Assembly: GCA_002269645.1 (NCBI GenBank) | Contig: NIVC01001860.1 | Location: forward strand, 124,001 to 188,000 | From: Macrostomum lignano | Lineage: Eukaryota | DNA: 64,000 nt | Direction of reading: 5' to 3' | Shown here: positions 38,001 through 52,159 of the stretch, in pieces | How the letters are laid out: each line of letters starts with the position of its first letter | Numbering within the stretch: position 1 is the first letter of the stretch | Made by a program: the position numbers and the translations under genes | The notes under the pieces: model-generated | Seen by the model: only the letters and a program-made list of their open reading frames with translations | Database searches by the model: none | What the model was told of the DNA's origin: nothing

Positions 38001-41000
38001 CCCGCCTCTCGTGTGTCTCACCCGCCTCTCGTGTGTCTCACCCGCCTCTCGTGTGTCTCACCCGCCTCTCGTGTGTCTCACCCGCCTCTCGTGTGTCTCA
38101 CCCGCCTCTCGTGTGTCTCACCCGCCTCTCGTGTGTCTCACCCGCCTCTCGTGTGTCTCACCCGCCTCTCGTGTGTCTCACCCGCCTCTCGTGTGTCTCA
38201 CCCGCCTCTCGTGTGTCTCACCCGCCTCTCGTGTGTCTCACCCGCCTCTCGTGTGTCTCACCCGCCTCTCGTGTGTCTCACCCGCCTCTCGTGTGTCTCA
38301 CCCGCCTCTCGTGTGTCTCACCCGCCTCTCGTGTGTCTCACCCGCCTCTCGTGTGTCTCACCCGCCTCTCGTGTGTCTCACCCGCCTCTCGTGTGTCTCA
38401 CCCGCCTCTCGTGTGTCTCACCCGCCTCTCGTGTGTCTCACCCGCCTCTCGTGTGTCTCACCCGCCTCTCGTGTGTCTCACCCGCCTCTCGTGTGTCTCA
38501 CCCGCCTCCCCTGTGTCTCCCTGCCTCCCCTGTGTCTCCCTGCCTCCCCTGTGTCTCCCCGCCTCCCCTTTGTCTCCCTGCCTCCCCTTTGTCTCCCTGC
38601 CTCCCCTGTGTCTCCCTGCCTCCCCTGTGTCTCCCTGCCTCCCCTGTATCTCCCTGCCTCCCCTGTATCTCCCTGCCTCCCCTGTGTCTCCCCGCCTCCC
38701 CTGTATCTCCCTACCTCCCCTGTGTCTCCCTGCCTCCCCTGTGTCTCCCTGACTCCCCTGTATCTCCCTGCCTCCCCTGTGTCTCCCTGCCTCCCCTGTG
38801 TCTCCCCGCCTCCCGTTTGTCTCCCTGCCTCCCCTGTGTCTCCCTGCCTCCCCTGTGTCTCCCTGCCTCCCCTGTATCTCCCTGCCTCCCCTGTATCTCC
38901 CTGCCTCCCCTGTGTCTCCCTGCCTCCCCTGCATCCCCTGTATCTCCCTGCCTCCCCTGTGTCTCCCTGCCTCCCCTGTGTCTCCCTGCCTCCCCTGTGT
39001 CTCCCTGCCTCCCCTGCATCCCCTGTATCTCCCCGCCTCCCCAGCTGCAGCTGGAATCTCCATCATTCCCGCCCGCAGGAGGAGTTCCAACAGGAGCGGC
39101 TACTTCGCGAGGAGGCGGCCAAACAGCGCCGCCAGCGGCAGTGGGAGCGCCGCTACGGCCACTGCTGGCTGGCTGTGTCCGACCTGGTGGACGTGGCCTG
39201 CCGGGTGGCCGAGCTGCGCGAACTTGAAGGCCCCGGCGGCCGGGTGCCGCACCGGAAGTACCGTGACCTCAAGGCCCTGTTCACCAGCGGCCAGCCGGTC
39301 TACCCGGTAGCCGGCGGGCCGGCGGCGCCGCAGGCGGCTTTGGCCATAGACGATCTGGAAGCGCCAGACGGAGCCGAGCCGATGGAAACTGATGCCGATC
39401 CCAACCTGGTCCTTGAGGAGAAGGAAGCTGTGCAGGATGAAGCCGAGCTGTTGGAGTACAAGGAAATGCAGGGCGAGTGGCAGCCGCCCGAGGACTGCGA
39501 GATGCAGTCGGCGCCGGTGTCAAACCCGGTGGTCGGCTGGATCGTCGACCGGGTGCACGCCATCGCCAACCCGCCAACGGTGAGTTGCGTTGCTGAATAA
39601 AATGAATTGGGATGCTCCTAACTGGCTACTTTTAGTAATATCAATCTGCAGAATTTTCTGATCTTTCTCGCCCTGGATTTCAGCCGCCGCCGGAAGCGCC
39701 GCAGTTTCCGCCGTTCCCAGTGCGAGCGGCCATCTGCGGCAAGCTGTTCTCGGGCAAGTCCAGCGTCATCCGGCGCCTCATCGAGAGTGAGTGAAGCTGC
39801 GCTTTGCAGCCTGGCTGCTGGGTTGCTGTAGTGCGAGATTCCGGGTGGAATGAGACCCCAGATAGGGTGAGATTCCGTATAGGGTGAGATTCCGGATAGG
39901 GTGAGATTCCGTATAGGGTGAGATTCCGGATAGGGTGAGATTCCGTATAGGGTGAGATTCCGGATAGGGTGAGATTCCGTATAGGGTGAGATTCCAGATA
40001 GGGTGAGATTCCGGATAGGAAGAGATTCCGAGTGGAATGAGGCCCCAGATAAGGTGAGATTCCAGATAGGGTGAGATTTCGGATAGGGTGAGAACCTGGA
40101 TAGGGTGAGGTTTTGGATGGGGTGAGAACCTGGATAGGGTGAGATTTCGGATAGGGTGAGATTTCGGATAGGGTGAGATTTCGGATAGGGTGAGTACCTG
40201 GATAGGGTGAGATTTCTGATAGGGTGAGATTTCGGATAGGGTGAGATTTCGGATAGGGTGAGATTTCGGATAGGGTGAGATTTCGGATAGGGTGAGATTT
40301 CGGATAGGGTGAGATTTCGGATAGGGTGAGAACCTGGATAGGGTGAGATTTCGGATAGGGTGAGATTTCGGATAGGGTGAGATTTCGGATAGGGTGAGAT
40401 TTCGGATAGGGTGAGATTTCGGATAGGGTGAGATTTCGGATAGGGTGAGATTTCGGATAGGGTGAGATTTCGGATAGGGTGAGATTTCGGATAGGGTGAG
40501 ATTTCGGATAGGGTGAGAACCTGGATAGGGTGAGATTTCGGATAGGGTGAGAACCTGGATAGGGTGAGATTTCGGATAGGGTGAGAACCTGGATAGGGTG
40601 AGATTTCGGATAGGGTGAGATTTCGGATAGGGTGAGATTTCGGATAGGGTGAGATTTCGGATTGGGTGAGATTTCGGATTGGGTGAGATTTCGGATAGGG
40701 TGAGATTTCGGATAGGGTGAGATTTCGGATAGGGTGAGATTTCGGATAGGGTGAGAACCTGGATAGGGTGAGATTTCGGATAGGGTAAGATTTCGGATAG
40801 GACGAGATTTTGAATAGGAAGAGGTTCCGGGTAAGGTGGATAGGTTGAGATTTCGGACAAGATAAGATTTATAAACCTGTTGCTAAGATAGAGCTGAGAT
40901 AGAGTTGAGATAGGGCTGAGATAGAGCTGAGATAGATCTGAGATAGAGCTGAGATAGAGCTGAGATAGAGCTGAGATAGAGCTGAGGTAAAGTTGAGCTA

Positions 41001-44000
41001 CATGAGCAAATCCAGAAACCGGTGCACCCCGCAGACAATCGCTGCGTGTCGTTCGACGTGAACACCCTGGTCGAGGAGGCCATGGACGCCTTCAAGCTGA
41101 ACGAGCTCGAGCCGCTGCCGACGCCGCCGCCGACACCGCCGCCTGAGCCTGAGCCCGAGGAGAAGCCGGCTGAGGCTTCGGCCACCACAGTGGGGGAGTC
41201 AGGCTCGGCTGTTCAGCTTGCGTCGACCTCCGGGGCGGCGATGGCGACCGGCGCTGCCGCTGCGACGTCGCAAACAACTCTTACAGCCGAGTCGTCGGCC
41301 ACGGCGGGCGCTGAGGACGGCGCCACCACACCGCAGTCGCAGCAGCCACCGCCACCACCGCCAGAGCCACCGAAGCCGCAGCTGACACGGAGGGCGAAAA
41401 TTGGCGAGAAGCTGACGGCGCTGCTACGCCGAGGAAAGTCAGTCACCGACGAGCTGCTGGTTGAACTGCTGGTGAGGGAAATTGGTATAAAATTTTAAGC
41501 ATACGCTTTCTATATAGCTGCAAAAATCGACGCAATACAGTTAGCAGACTCTTTTAATGTACATCAGTATTAGCTTAAAATCGGTAGGAGGGGTGTGTCT
41601 ATAATTAAGGCAAATGTTCATTCCAAACATGGATATATTTGTGAAAAAGAGAGAGGGGACAGTACATATGCCGATCTATAAATAGCTCGTAGAATCAATG
41701 TACACGCAAATAAGATGAGTGCGTGTATCGATCTATAAATAGAATCAATGTACACGCAAATAAGATGAGTGCGTGTGTCGATCTATAAATAGAATCAATG
41801 CACACGCAAATAAGATGAGTGCGTGTGTCGATCTATAAATAGAATCAATGTACACGCAAATAAGATGAGTGCGTGTGTCGATCTATAAATAGAATCAATG
41901 TACACGCAAATAAGATGAGTGCGCGTGTCGATCTATAAATAGAATCAGCGTACACGTGGGTAGGTTCTGTGCACGTGACACCTTAACCCATCAGATCGAG
42001 GCCATCCACCGCGTCCCAGCCGGCACCGGGTGGATTCTGGACGGATTCCCCGGCAACTATGCCCAGGCGAAGCTGTTTGAGAAGGCTCTGACGGGCTTCG
42101 AGGAGCCTACCAAGGCTGGGTCGCGAAAGAAGAAGGCCGGAAGTCTGGCGACAAATCCGAAGCCGGCCCCGGCGGCGCCAGAACCAGCCAGCGGATTGGA
42201 TCTTGTTATCGATTTCTCCGTCGACGACGCCTGGTGCCTGAAGCGAGCGCTGGGTCGAGTCGAGCAGCCGGGAACGGGCAAGGAGTTCCACCTGGAGACA
42301 AAGCAGCCGCCCGAAGGCAGTGCCACGGGTGTGCAGGGCGAGGAGAAGGTGCAGCCAGTCAAGGACCCGGCCTACGATCTTGATCAGGTATTTTTGGGTT
42401 CTTTGCGTGTAGTTTAGATTGATGGTAATTTTTTGCCTCTTTTTCTTGATGGTCTCTCAGTCCCAACCTCTGAAGCGTCCACGACTGTCTTTAACACCGA
42501 TCCTCCGCCAGGTGCAAAAGCGGCTCAGCGCGTACGCTGAGTCGTGGCCGAAGCTGGAGAAGTTCTACCAACGCTTCGGCAACGTCGTCCGAGTCGACGC
42601 CTCGCTGGAGCCCGAGGCGCTCTACCTGGAGACCGAGCGCCTGCTGGATGAATTCGTCGCTCGCCGACTGGAAGCGGAGCGCCTCGAGGAAGAGCGCAAA
42701 GAGACAGAGGCACGCGCTGCGGCCGAGGCGCTGCTGGCGGAGCAGCATCGCCTGGAGGAGGAGGCGGCGGCTGCCGCGGCTGCTGAAGCAGCCGAAGAAG
42801 CCGCCCGGGCGTCCAAAGCGGCGTCGGAGGCGGAGGCGGCCGCAGTAGCGGCGGCGGCGGCTGGTTCGCGACCGGCCTCGGGCAAGCGCAAAGGCAAGGC
42901 GAGCCCCGGCCGGTCCAAGTCGAAGGACAAAGCCGGCGGCAGCCGGCGCAGCAGCCGGGCGAGCAGCGCGGACAAGAAGGGTGGCGCGCAGGGGAAGGCC
43001 AAGAAAGGCTCGCGTGGCGGCTCGCCGAAGGCGTCGAAGGCGACGGCAGCCTCAGACGAGAAAGCGACGTTGAAACCGGCCGACAGTGTTGCTCCTGAGG
43101 CTTCTGGCGATAGCGCGGGTGAAGCCGCCCCGGAGCAGCCGCCGCCACCGCCGCCGAAGCCGTGCGACCCCGAGTGGGAGTTCGTCGACCTGGCTATCCC
43201 AGAGGAGCTGGCGAAGGCGCTGTCGCCTCTGTGGGACGCTATCGAGGACGGCTACGTGTCCACCGCCAAGTCCGTGTTCCGACGACTCCGCCTGGTCAAG
43301 GACTCTGCCGTAGTGTACTTTTATCAAGTTCGGCGAGACTTTCTTGAGTATCTGCAGCGGCCGGACAATCACCAGGTGCTGCTGACCGCCTTCCAGAAGG
43401 ATTTCAACGAGATACCGCAGGACCTGCGTTACGACGAGGAAGTGGTCGCCGACCTGCACCAGCGGCTGGAGGAGCTGCGTGAGCGCCTGGTTGACATCAC
43501 GGATAAGCGCAAGGAGCAGGCCGAGGCCAAGAAGGAGGCCATCGAGCAGTGCGGATGGGTGGAGGACCGACTTGGCCTGCTGACCAACCTGTACATCGAG
43601 CTGTTGCAGGGCGAGATGGACCGCTTCCAGGACACGGTAAAGTTTATGAAGGACTACTACAAAGGCATGGACACGCCAATCCCGGAGCCGTACAAGCCGG
43701 ACTTCCTGCGGCTGCCCATCGTCGAACTGCCGTACGAGCGCGACCCGGCCAGGTCCGGCGACGGCTCGTCCCGAGGCTCGTCGCGCCACCAGTCGCCGGC
43801 CAAAGCGGCCAGTCCGGTGGCGAAGAAAGCAGGCGGTGGCGGCAAGAACAAAGAGCCGGTGGACGAGGCCAGGGAGCTCACGGATGAGGAGATCGAGGCC
43901 ATGTTTAGGACCAAGTAAGAGTTTACTTGTTCGGGTATGACAGAGACCAGTTTGTAGCAGTTTAAGACGTCGCTGCACCCTCCAATAGTGTGAAGGAGTC

Positions 44001-47000
44001 TCAAGAAACTTGGTGTGCCTCATCACTTCCAATCCGGTCCCTGGTGTGAGCTGCCACCACTCCTCCCTCTCAGTCCCTGGTGTGAGCTGCCACCACTCCT
44101 CCCTCTCAGTCCCTGGTGTGAGCTGCCACCACTCCCCCAGTCCCTGGTGTGAGCTGCCACCACTCATCCCTCTCAGTACCTGGTGTGAGCTGCCACCACT
44201 CCCCCAGTCCCTGGTGTGAGCTGCCACCACTCATCCCTCTCAGTCCCTGGTGTGAGCTGCCACCACTCCCCCAGTCCCTGGTGTGAGCTGCCATCACTCC
44301 CCCAGTCCCTGGTGTGAGCTGCCATCACTCCCCCAGTCCCTGGTGTGAGCTGCCATCACTCCCCCAGTCCCTGGTGTGAGCTGACGCTACTTCTTTCCTC
44401 CCAGTCCCCGGAGTGAGCTGCACTAATACAAACTAACGTGTTGAAATTCGCGCTCGCTACTAACAGAAATCAGCATCAATAAAACCTGATAGTCAAACGT
44501 GTGTAAAAGACAGTCAAAAAGCCCAACCACAAACTAATAATTCTCGGCGGGATGCTCCTGCAGAATCACATTTTTCGTAGCGCCAATGGAGCCCGAAGAC
44601 TCCGATCTCGAGCACGAAATTAATGTCGAATGCGTTGTCCCCAACGGCGACGAGATCGCCAAAGCAACACCATCGGCTGAGGCGCAGCGCCAGCGGCCTC
44701 AGCAGCTTGGCGGCAGTCTTATTACTAACCGCAGCAGCAGCAGCCTGAGTGGCACCTCCTCGGACCTCGCCAGCTGGCGGGAGGCCACGCTGCGCACCGC
44801 CGCCTCCGTCACTGCCGAGCTGCTCCGGCGTCGGCCGTCGGCCAAGTCGCTGGCCGATGCATTGAAGTCGGCGGCCGCCGCTGCTGGCGGATGGCGCGCA
44901 CCACCCAGGGGGCCGGCGGGCCGACGGCGGCAGAAGCGGCAGCAACAGCAGCAGCAGCAGACGGCCTCTGTAGCATCTGGGACAGGCGGCAGTCTCAGCC
45001 TGAGCTTGGAGGCTTCCAAATCTTCCAGCAGGTTGTCAAGCAGATCTCGGATGCATCTGCATTTCCTTCTACCAGCTGGCTCTGCGACAGGCACCTGTCA
45101 TTCAACATGGGCACCAACCTTTATACTCCGCTAAGTCAGTTCGTTAACTCCCTCCACCTCCCTTATGTAGCTTCCTGATTTTCCTGAAAATGTTTTGTTA
45201 ACGTGATTATTAGCTCTTTGATTTCTATTTTTCGTTGAAATACTTAGCCGAAACCAACGACGAGCATGCCTAGATTAGTCATTCCGTAAATTGCATTGCA
45301 TATTCCCTGTCAGTAGTGAGTTGCAAACATTGAGCAATTCACGCAACAGGAATTTTTATTGCTTTTTATTTTTCATTTTTTGCTCGCATTGAAGTTTTTC
45401 ATGACTAAAAGCTTAAACATCTTCAATCCCGTTTCGCACCGCACCAGGATCCCAGTGCTTGGCCAGGCGCCCACCCTAGCCGAGTTCAAGGAGGCCCTGC
45501 AGGCGCAGTTCAAAGTCGGCAAAGAGAAAGGCGCCGGCGGCGGCGGAGGCGGCGGCGGCAAGAAGGACAAAAAGGCCGAGCGGCTGGAGACGCCGGCGGC
45601 GCCCTCGGACCCAGACGCGCGAATCGTCTTCGATGCTTTTTGGGCGGGCGTCAGCCAGATTGCGTTCTTTGTCAGCCAGGAGCTCGCGGCTAAGGAGGCC
45701 GAGGAGGAGGCCGAGCGGCAGCGGCTTCTCGAGAAGGAGCGCGAACGCGAGAAGGCGGTGAAAGAGGCCGCCAAAGGCGGCGGCAAGAAGGGCGGCGGCG
45801 GCAAGAAGGGCGGCAAGAGCCGATCGCCCAGTCCGAAGAAGGGCGCCAAAAAGGACGGCGGCAAGGCGGCGCCGGCGCCGGCCGGAGAGGCGGAGGCGGC
45901 GACGCCGGACCCAGCCGCGGAGCCGCTAGAAACTGAGGAAGAGCGGGCCCGCAGACTGACGAAGGAGCGGATGCGAGAAGAGTACTTTTACTCGCTGGAG
46001 CACGAGGCCAGGGCGGCGCGAGCCCGCATGGAGTTGTGCGTCGCTGTGGCTGCCCGTGTCCTTCAGGACCTGAAGCAGAAACAAGAGCTAGCCAGCAAGG
46101 ATCTGGCTGACTGGATCGGGGCCCGGCTGCTGCGCGAGAGCGAGCTTATTGATCAGGCTTGCGAGCTGATCAGGCACGCCATCGAGTCGCGGGGACCCAT
46201 TGTGGAACGCCTGGAGCTGTCAGCCAGCGACTTCCTGCTCAATTCGGTGAGGGGGGTGAATTCTCTACTTGCTTCATAACTCATAATTCATAATCTAATG
46301 GGAGCAGATGTAATTGTAAATAACTGTAAAAAAGCAGGATAAATTCTATCCAAAACTTCACTGCAGCTCGTAAAAGGTTTAGATCAACTGGCGACTGGCG
46401 TGACTTCAAAGTCGTGTCTTCGCTTTTTAGCAAGCAATCCGCGGAGCACTGGTAGTTTCTCTATCAGATTGACTGGATCAGGTCAGGATCCGACTGCCCA
46501 GACAGTGCCCAGTTTGACTGTCACAATTCACAAATGGCTGCCGAGGGCCGACCGACCCAAACCCAAATCCTAAACCGATATGGTCGGCACTCGGCATCGG
46601 CAGTCGAATTGGGGCGGGTAGTAAAATAAAATGTTGGGCTTTATTATCGGTTTGCTAAGTTTAAGTGAATAAATTAGGTCAATTAAGCTATAAACTTATC
46701 CGGTCTGTCTATTTATAGCTAGCTAGGAGCGTATTGTCTAATTTCAAGTGTAAACTACTGGGGTTTTGGGCCTTGGGGGGGATTGTCGCGACTCCCCCCC
46801 TCCATCGATTTTTCACTCTCCTCGCAGGCCAGCTATGTACATTTTATTTCTTAACCAACGTACACTTGAAAGGCATGAATACCCACCCCACAAATTAAAT
46901 CCTTTCTTGAGTGCATGTACTGCTATGTACGATCCTTCTTAGGCTTCCTTACACTGCCTGATAAAGAAACTTAAAAACTATATAGCTTTTCTTAATCTGC

Positions 47001-49614
47001 ATGAAAGCATCAACGTAGAAACAATGCGAATTTGCATTTTGCAGGAGGAAGTGACGGTTTTAGAAGAGGTACAGTTTTAAAGTATATGCTATTGTTTGAC
47101 ATACATGAAGTTGCCTGCTTTTGTACCACCAAGTGCAGAAATATTTTAAGAATTAATCCACCTCATCCAGAGTCTGGATTTACCTTTTTTCAAAAAACTT
47201 TCATGAACCCGATTGAAAATGGCTTCACTCATTGCACACTACAATCTAACTATAACGGCCTAACAACAGCACTTTCTTGTTCGAAATGCCTTTCCAAATG
47301 TTGTACCCTTAGCATCTAAGTGACGAAAAACAACACCTCTGAGGATACATTAAGTTGAACTCAATTAAGTTAAACAAAGCTACGAACTGTAATGCAAGCA
47401 CATGATTTATTGTCTTTTTTTATTCTGTTTTCTATCATTTACTTTTCATTTTCTTCTGCAATAGATTTTAGTTTTAAACAGTCAAAATGCGTTTTAAATG
47501 AAATTTCAAATTCGCGCCAATTTTCCAGGAATTCAAAGTCGTTCCAGACCCACCAAAGCCGGTGCGACCGCCGCCAGTCGAACAGTTGGAGCCTGATTGG
47601 TTCTCCATCAAAGCTATCCGCGACCTGCTGGGCCGATTCAAGGGCGTCGCGCCAGATGGCCTGCTGGCCATTAATGAGTTTGTCAGCGTGCTGATGGTGA
47701 GTGACCGATGCTTTGATTGGCTGTTTTGGGGCTCCTTCGAACTGTCCACCAACTGTATCCCAATTGTCCACCAACTGCCATTCCAATTGTTCACCGAACA
47801 TTATTCATGGTTAATTTTGAATGCACCCATCCGCAGGAGGAGGTGAACTCTCACCAGGACCCGGACCTCCTGCCAGAGCAGTGGCAGCACTGCACCGCCG
47901 CCCAGCTGCAGGAGCTGGCCCAGAGCATGTCATCGGATCAGGAGTACGTGTCCTGGCGCGCCTTCCTGCTGGCCATCTCGCAGCCGTGGCCGTGGCCAAG
48001 CCAGCAAGACCTGCTGGACACCCTGCTGAAGTTCAAAGATCTTGACCAAACTGACTGCGGCTATGTGACCAGGGAGCAGTACGACTTTATTGAGCTCTGG
48101 TTCAGCCCTGGGCCGCCGCCGTCGACGCCTGAGGAGCCGACGAAGCCGAAGCAGATCAGCCGGCTTGAAGGCTTCAAGCACCTGCTGTTCGAGTTCTTCG
48201 CTAACGAGGAGGGCCGAATGGCGTACCTGGACCTGCTGCTGCACTGCGCCGCTTCGCCCAGCCCCTACGTGGGCTTCCTGAGGGCGCTTAGCGTGGCTAA
48301 CGACTCGCACATCCCCCACTGCCCGATCGCCGGCTACGAGGAGCTCACCGCGGTGGAGCCGCTAGCCGATGAGGTCAGCCCCGAAGTGGGCCGTTTTCCA
48401 AATACTTGGGTGCCGCTTTTAGCTCTTCTTCTGGCGCCTAATTTAGCGCCCCTGACACCCAAAGTGGTGGCCTCTGACACCCGAATTAGCGGTCTCTGAC
48501 ACCCAAAATGCATGGCGCCCCTGACACCCAACGGGCGCGCACTGTTCACCACGCCCACGTTACTCGGGAAGGCGCTGCTTGAAGGCGGGAAGGCGCTGTG
48601 GCAGTCGCTCACAACAAGAGGGAATTGGATTGAGCCGGGGATGAACGAGAATTCCTAGAATCCTCGATCTCAATTGCCGCCCCCTGCCTGTTGAATAGCG
48701 GAAGCAAATTCGAATTCGATATTCGAAATGAGATGCTCTCAACAACCGGGAGCCGTTGTCATTTCAAGAGTGGAAATGTTTTCGCCTTGGGGGCAGGTCA
48801 TGCGGATTATGGATGAACACCTCCCGTTTTTCATCCGCTTTGAACAGAGTAAAATCACTTGTGTTCTAAAATTCCAAAGCCGAGCTGCAGAGACGTTCGA
48901 GTGCATTTTTTTTATTTTCTAAATGGGGGACTGGGTAAGCGAAAGTGCGTGCTTGAATGTGCCACCCCCGGAACTTGAAAGTCTGTTTACAATAAGGCTT
49001 GTTGAAAGCATGTTTACTGCGTTTAAAAGAAATTGAGTGGAGGAGGGGTGGCGGTCCAGCTGAGCTGAGGGGAGGAGGGGTGGCGGTCCAACTGAGCTGA
49101 GGGCAGGAGGGGTGGCGGTCCAACTGAGCTGAGGGGAGGAGGGGTGGCGGTCCAACTGAGTGGAGGATTAAGAAGGTTGGCGGTCCAACTGAGCTGAGGG
49201 GAGGAGGGGTGGCGGTCCAACTGAGTGGGGGATTAAGAAGGTTGGCGGTCCAGCTGAGTGGTTCCCCACCCTGACCCGCAGGTGCCCGCTGACTGCGAGG
49301 ACAGCCTGGTGAAGATAGACGCAGTTTACTACGTGCTGGGCTACGGGCGCAACATCACTGAGGACACGACCGACTTCTCGGATCTGGTGGACACGGAGGT
49401 CACCCAGGAGTGCCTCACCCGGCCAATGCTGGGCGCCATCTACCAGCAGCTGGGCAGCGAGGATCTGGACCCGCTGCCGTACACGAAGCTCATCAAGCAC
49501 GTGAGCTTTGTGGAGCTGCTGCTCCAGGCGCGGCAGTACAAGAGGGTCAGCGTGAGGGACTTCCTTGCAGCCGATGGGCGCAGCAGCCGGGCGCCATCGC
49601 AGATGCAGGCTTAG
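35006..49614 (+). CDS. SPEF2: Sperm flagellar protein 2 (central-pair CH/ADK-like/EF-hand protein; spliced)
   Basis: Phase-consistent exons: 35006-35063, 35720-35822, 36111-36438, 36565-36707, 37283-37943, 39079-39579, 39684-39786, 41035-41471, 41995-42387, 42512-43914, 45448-46246, 47529-47696, 47837-48373, 49282-49614. Motifs: MTEILCDWLN, FANGYLIGEVLHKYELQDDF, NNFTRIEPVLHLLGV, PRQTDLNL, P-loop GKLFSGKSS, GWILDGFP, DPPKPVRPPPVE. Confidence 0.95.
36845..37250. repeat. Intronic minisatellite, unit AAAGACACCCCGC (13 bp)
   Basis: Tandem copies. Confidence 0.9.
37955..39045. repeat. Compound intronic minisatellite: TCTCACCCGCCTCTCGTGTG (20 bp, to ~38510), then CTGCCTCCCCTGTGTCTCC(C) (~20 bp)
   Basis: The first block is essentially perfect; there is an abrupt switch of unit at ~38510. 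Confidence 0.95.
39830..40860. repeat. Intronic minisatellite, unit GGGTGAGATTTCGGATA (17 bp)
   Basis: Tandem copies, followed by a (GAGATAGAGCT)-like short repeat at 40885-40990. Confidence 0.95.
41670..41950. repeat. Intronic tandem repeat, ~50 bp unit TCGATCTATAAATAGAATCAATGTACACGCAAATAAGATGAGTGCGTGTG
   Basis: About 5 copies. Confidence 0.9.
44036..44415. repeat. Intronic minisatellite, ~30-33 bp unit CAGTCCCTGGTGTGAGCTGCCACCACTCCCC
   Basis: Tandem copies. Confidence 0.9.
49035..49262. repeat. Intronic tandem repeat GGAGGAGGGGTGGCGGTCCAACTGAGCTGAG (~33 bp)
   Basis: Several copies ending before the last SPEF2 acceptor. Confidence 0.85.
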
Positions 49615-50269
49615 AGACTGGGGGAACTGATACACTGGGGGATCTGCGTTCTCATCCGTCTTCTCACCTTCCCCAAATTATTCTCCCTAATCCCCCCGTT
49701 TATTCCCCTTAATTCCCCTTCCTTCCCCACCCTGAGTTTCACCCAGCTGCCGCTCCCCCAGGCTGACAGGCAGGGAAATGTATCCAAGGTGGCGTCAAAG
49801 GAGGGGCGCCTGTTTTCTTTAGCAGAAAATCGGCCCAGTTCCCTGACACAGCGGGATTAGCAAGAGATCTCGAACCCCGACACGCCCAATTTAGTGGGCG
49901 GTGACAATTTTCCTCATTATTGCGTGAGACAGATTTTTCTTTCAGAGCTAATGCTTTCTTTTGCTGGCGAAATTCTGCTCTGTGTTGCCCCGTAGCCATG
50001 AATATTTTTGTCTCACTGTGAACTGACTGACTGGCAGTGATTCTCTCGATAATATTTTTATGTAACTTCTATTTAATTCAATTGCAGTGACCTTGCGAAA
50101 TTTTGTAAGAAATATTACAAATTTAGAAACAAATTACACTGGTACGACTGTTTAGATAACTTATTTTGTGTCCTGGTAACTTTTAATAGCGAATGGGTGC
50201 TTCGATAAATCTTATGTTAATATTATCTTGTCAAATGATTACACGCATGCACTTAACTGATAACTGGCT

Positions 50270-50344
50270 ACTTAGCTAGTTAGTTAGTTAGTTAGATAGT
50301 TAGTTAGTTAGTTAGTCAGTCAGTTAGTTATTTAGTTAGTTAGC

Positions 50345-50376
<32 letters not shown>

Positions 50377-50391
50377 CAGTCAGTTAGTTAT

Positions 50392-50422
<31 letters not shown>

Positions 50423-50488
50423 TTTAGTTAGTTATTTAGTTAGTTAGCTAGTTAGTTCGTTACTTAGTTAGTCAGTCAGTCAGTTAGC

Positions 50489-50581
<93 letters not shown>

Positions 50582-50720
50582 CGTTAGTTAGTTAGTTAGT
50601 TAGTTAGTTAGTCAGTCAGTTAGTTATTTAGTTAGTTAGTTAGTTAGTTAGTTATTTAGTTAGTTATTTAGTTAGTTAGCTAGTTAGTTCGTTACTTAGT
50701 TAGTCAGTCAGTCAGTTAGC

Positions 50721-50762
<42 letters not shown>

Positions 50763-50792
50763 CTTAGTTAGTCAGTCAGTCAGTTAGCTAGC

Positions 50793-50876
<84 letters not shown>

Positions 50877-50984
50877 CAGTCAGTTAGTTATTTAGTTAGT
50901 TAGTTAGTTAGTTAGTTATTTAGTTAGTTATTTAGTTAGTTAGCTAGTTAGTTCGTTACTTAGTTAGTCAGTCAGTCAGTTAGC

Positions 50985-51031
<47 letters not shown>

Positions 51032-51071
51032 ATAGTTAGTTAGTTAGTTAGTTAGTCAGTCAGTTAGTTGT

Positions 51072-51128
<57 letters not shown>

Positions 51129-51208
51129 CAGTCAGTCAGTTAGTTATTTAGTTAGCTAGTTAGTTAGTTAGTTAGTTAGTTAGTCAGTCAGTTAGTTATT
51201 TAGTTAGC

Positions 51209-51240
<32 letters not shown>

Positions 51241-51241
51241 C

Positions 51242-51336
<95 letters not shown>

Positions 51337-51352
51337 CAGTCAGTCAGTTAGC

Positions 51353-51420
<68 letters not shown>

Positions 51421-51440
51421 CAGTCAGTCAGTTAGCTAGC

Positions 51441-51530
<90 letters not shown>

Positions 51531-51576
51531 CTTAGTTAGTTAGTTAGTTAGTTAGTCAGTCAGTCAGTCAGTTAGC

Positions 51577-51630
<54 letters not shown>

Positions 51631-51656
51631 CTTAGTTAGTCAGTCAGTCAGTTAGC

Positions 51657-51736
<80 letters not shown>

Positions 51737-51751
51737 CAGTCAGTTAGTTAT

Positions 51752-51782
<31 letters not shown>

Positions 51783-51848
51783 TTTAGTTAGTTATTTAGT
51801 TAGTTAGCTAGTTAGTTCGTTACTTAGTTAGTCAGTCAGTCAGTTAGC

Positions 51849-51890
<42 letters not shown>

Positions 51891-51920
51891 CTTAGTTAGT
51901 CAGTCAGTCAGTTAGCTAGC

Positions 51921-52004
<84 letters not shown>

Positions 52005-52112
52005 CAGTCAGTTAGTTATTTAGTTAGTTAGTTAGTTAGTTAGTTATTTAGTTAGTTATTTAGTTAGTTAGCTAGTTAGTTCGTTACTTAGTTAGTCAGT
52101 CAGTCAGTTAGC

Positions 52113-52159
<47 letters not shown>

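Noticed and set aside
37944-39078. Continuation of the 644-aa ORF through SHPPLVCLTRLSCV repeats
   Set aside because: Lies between a good donor (37944) and acceptor (39078); intronic minisatellite.
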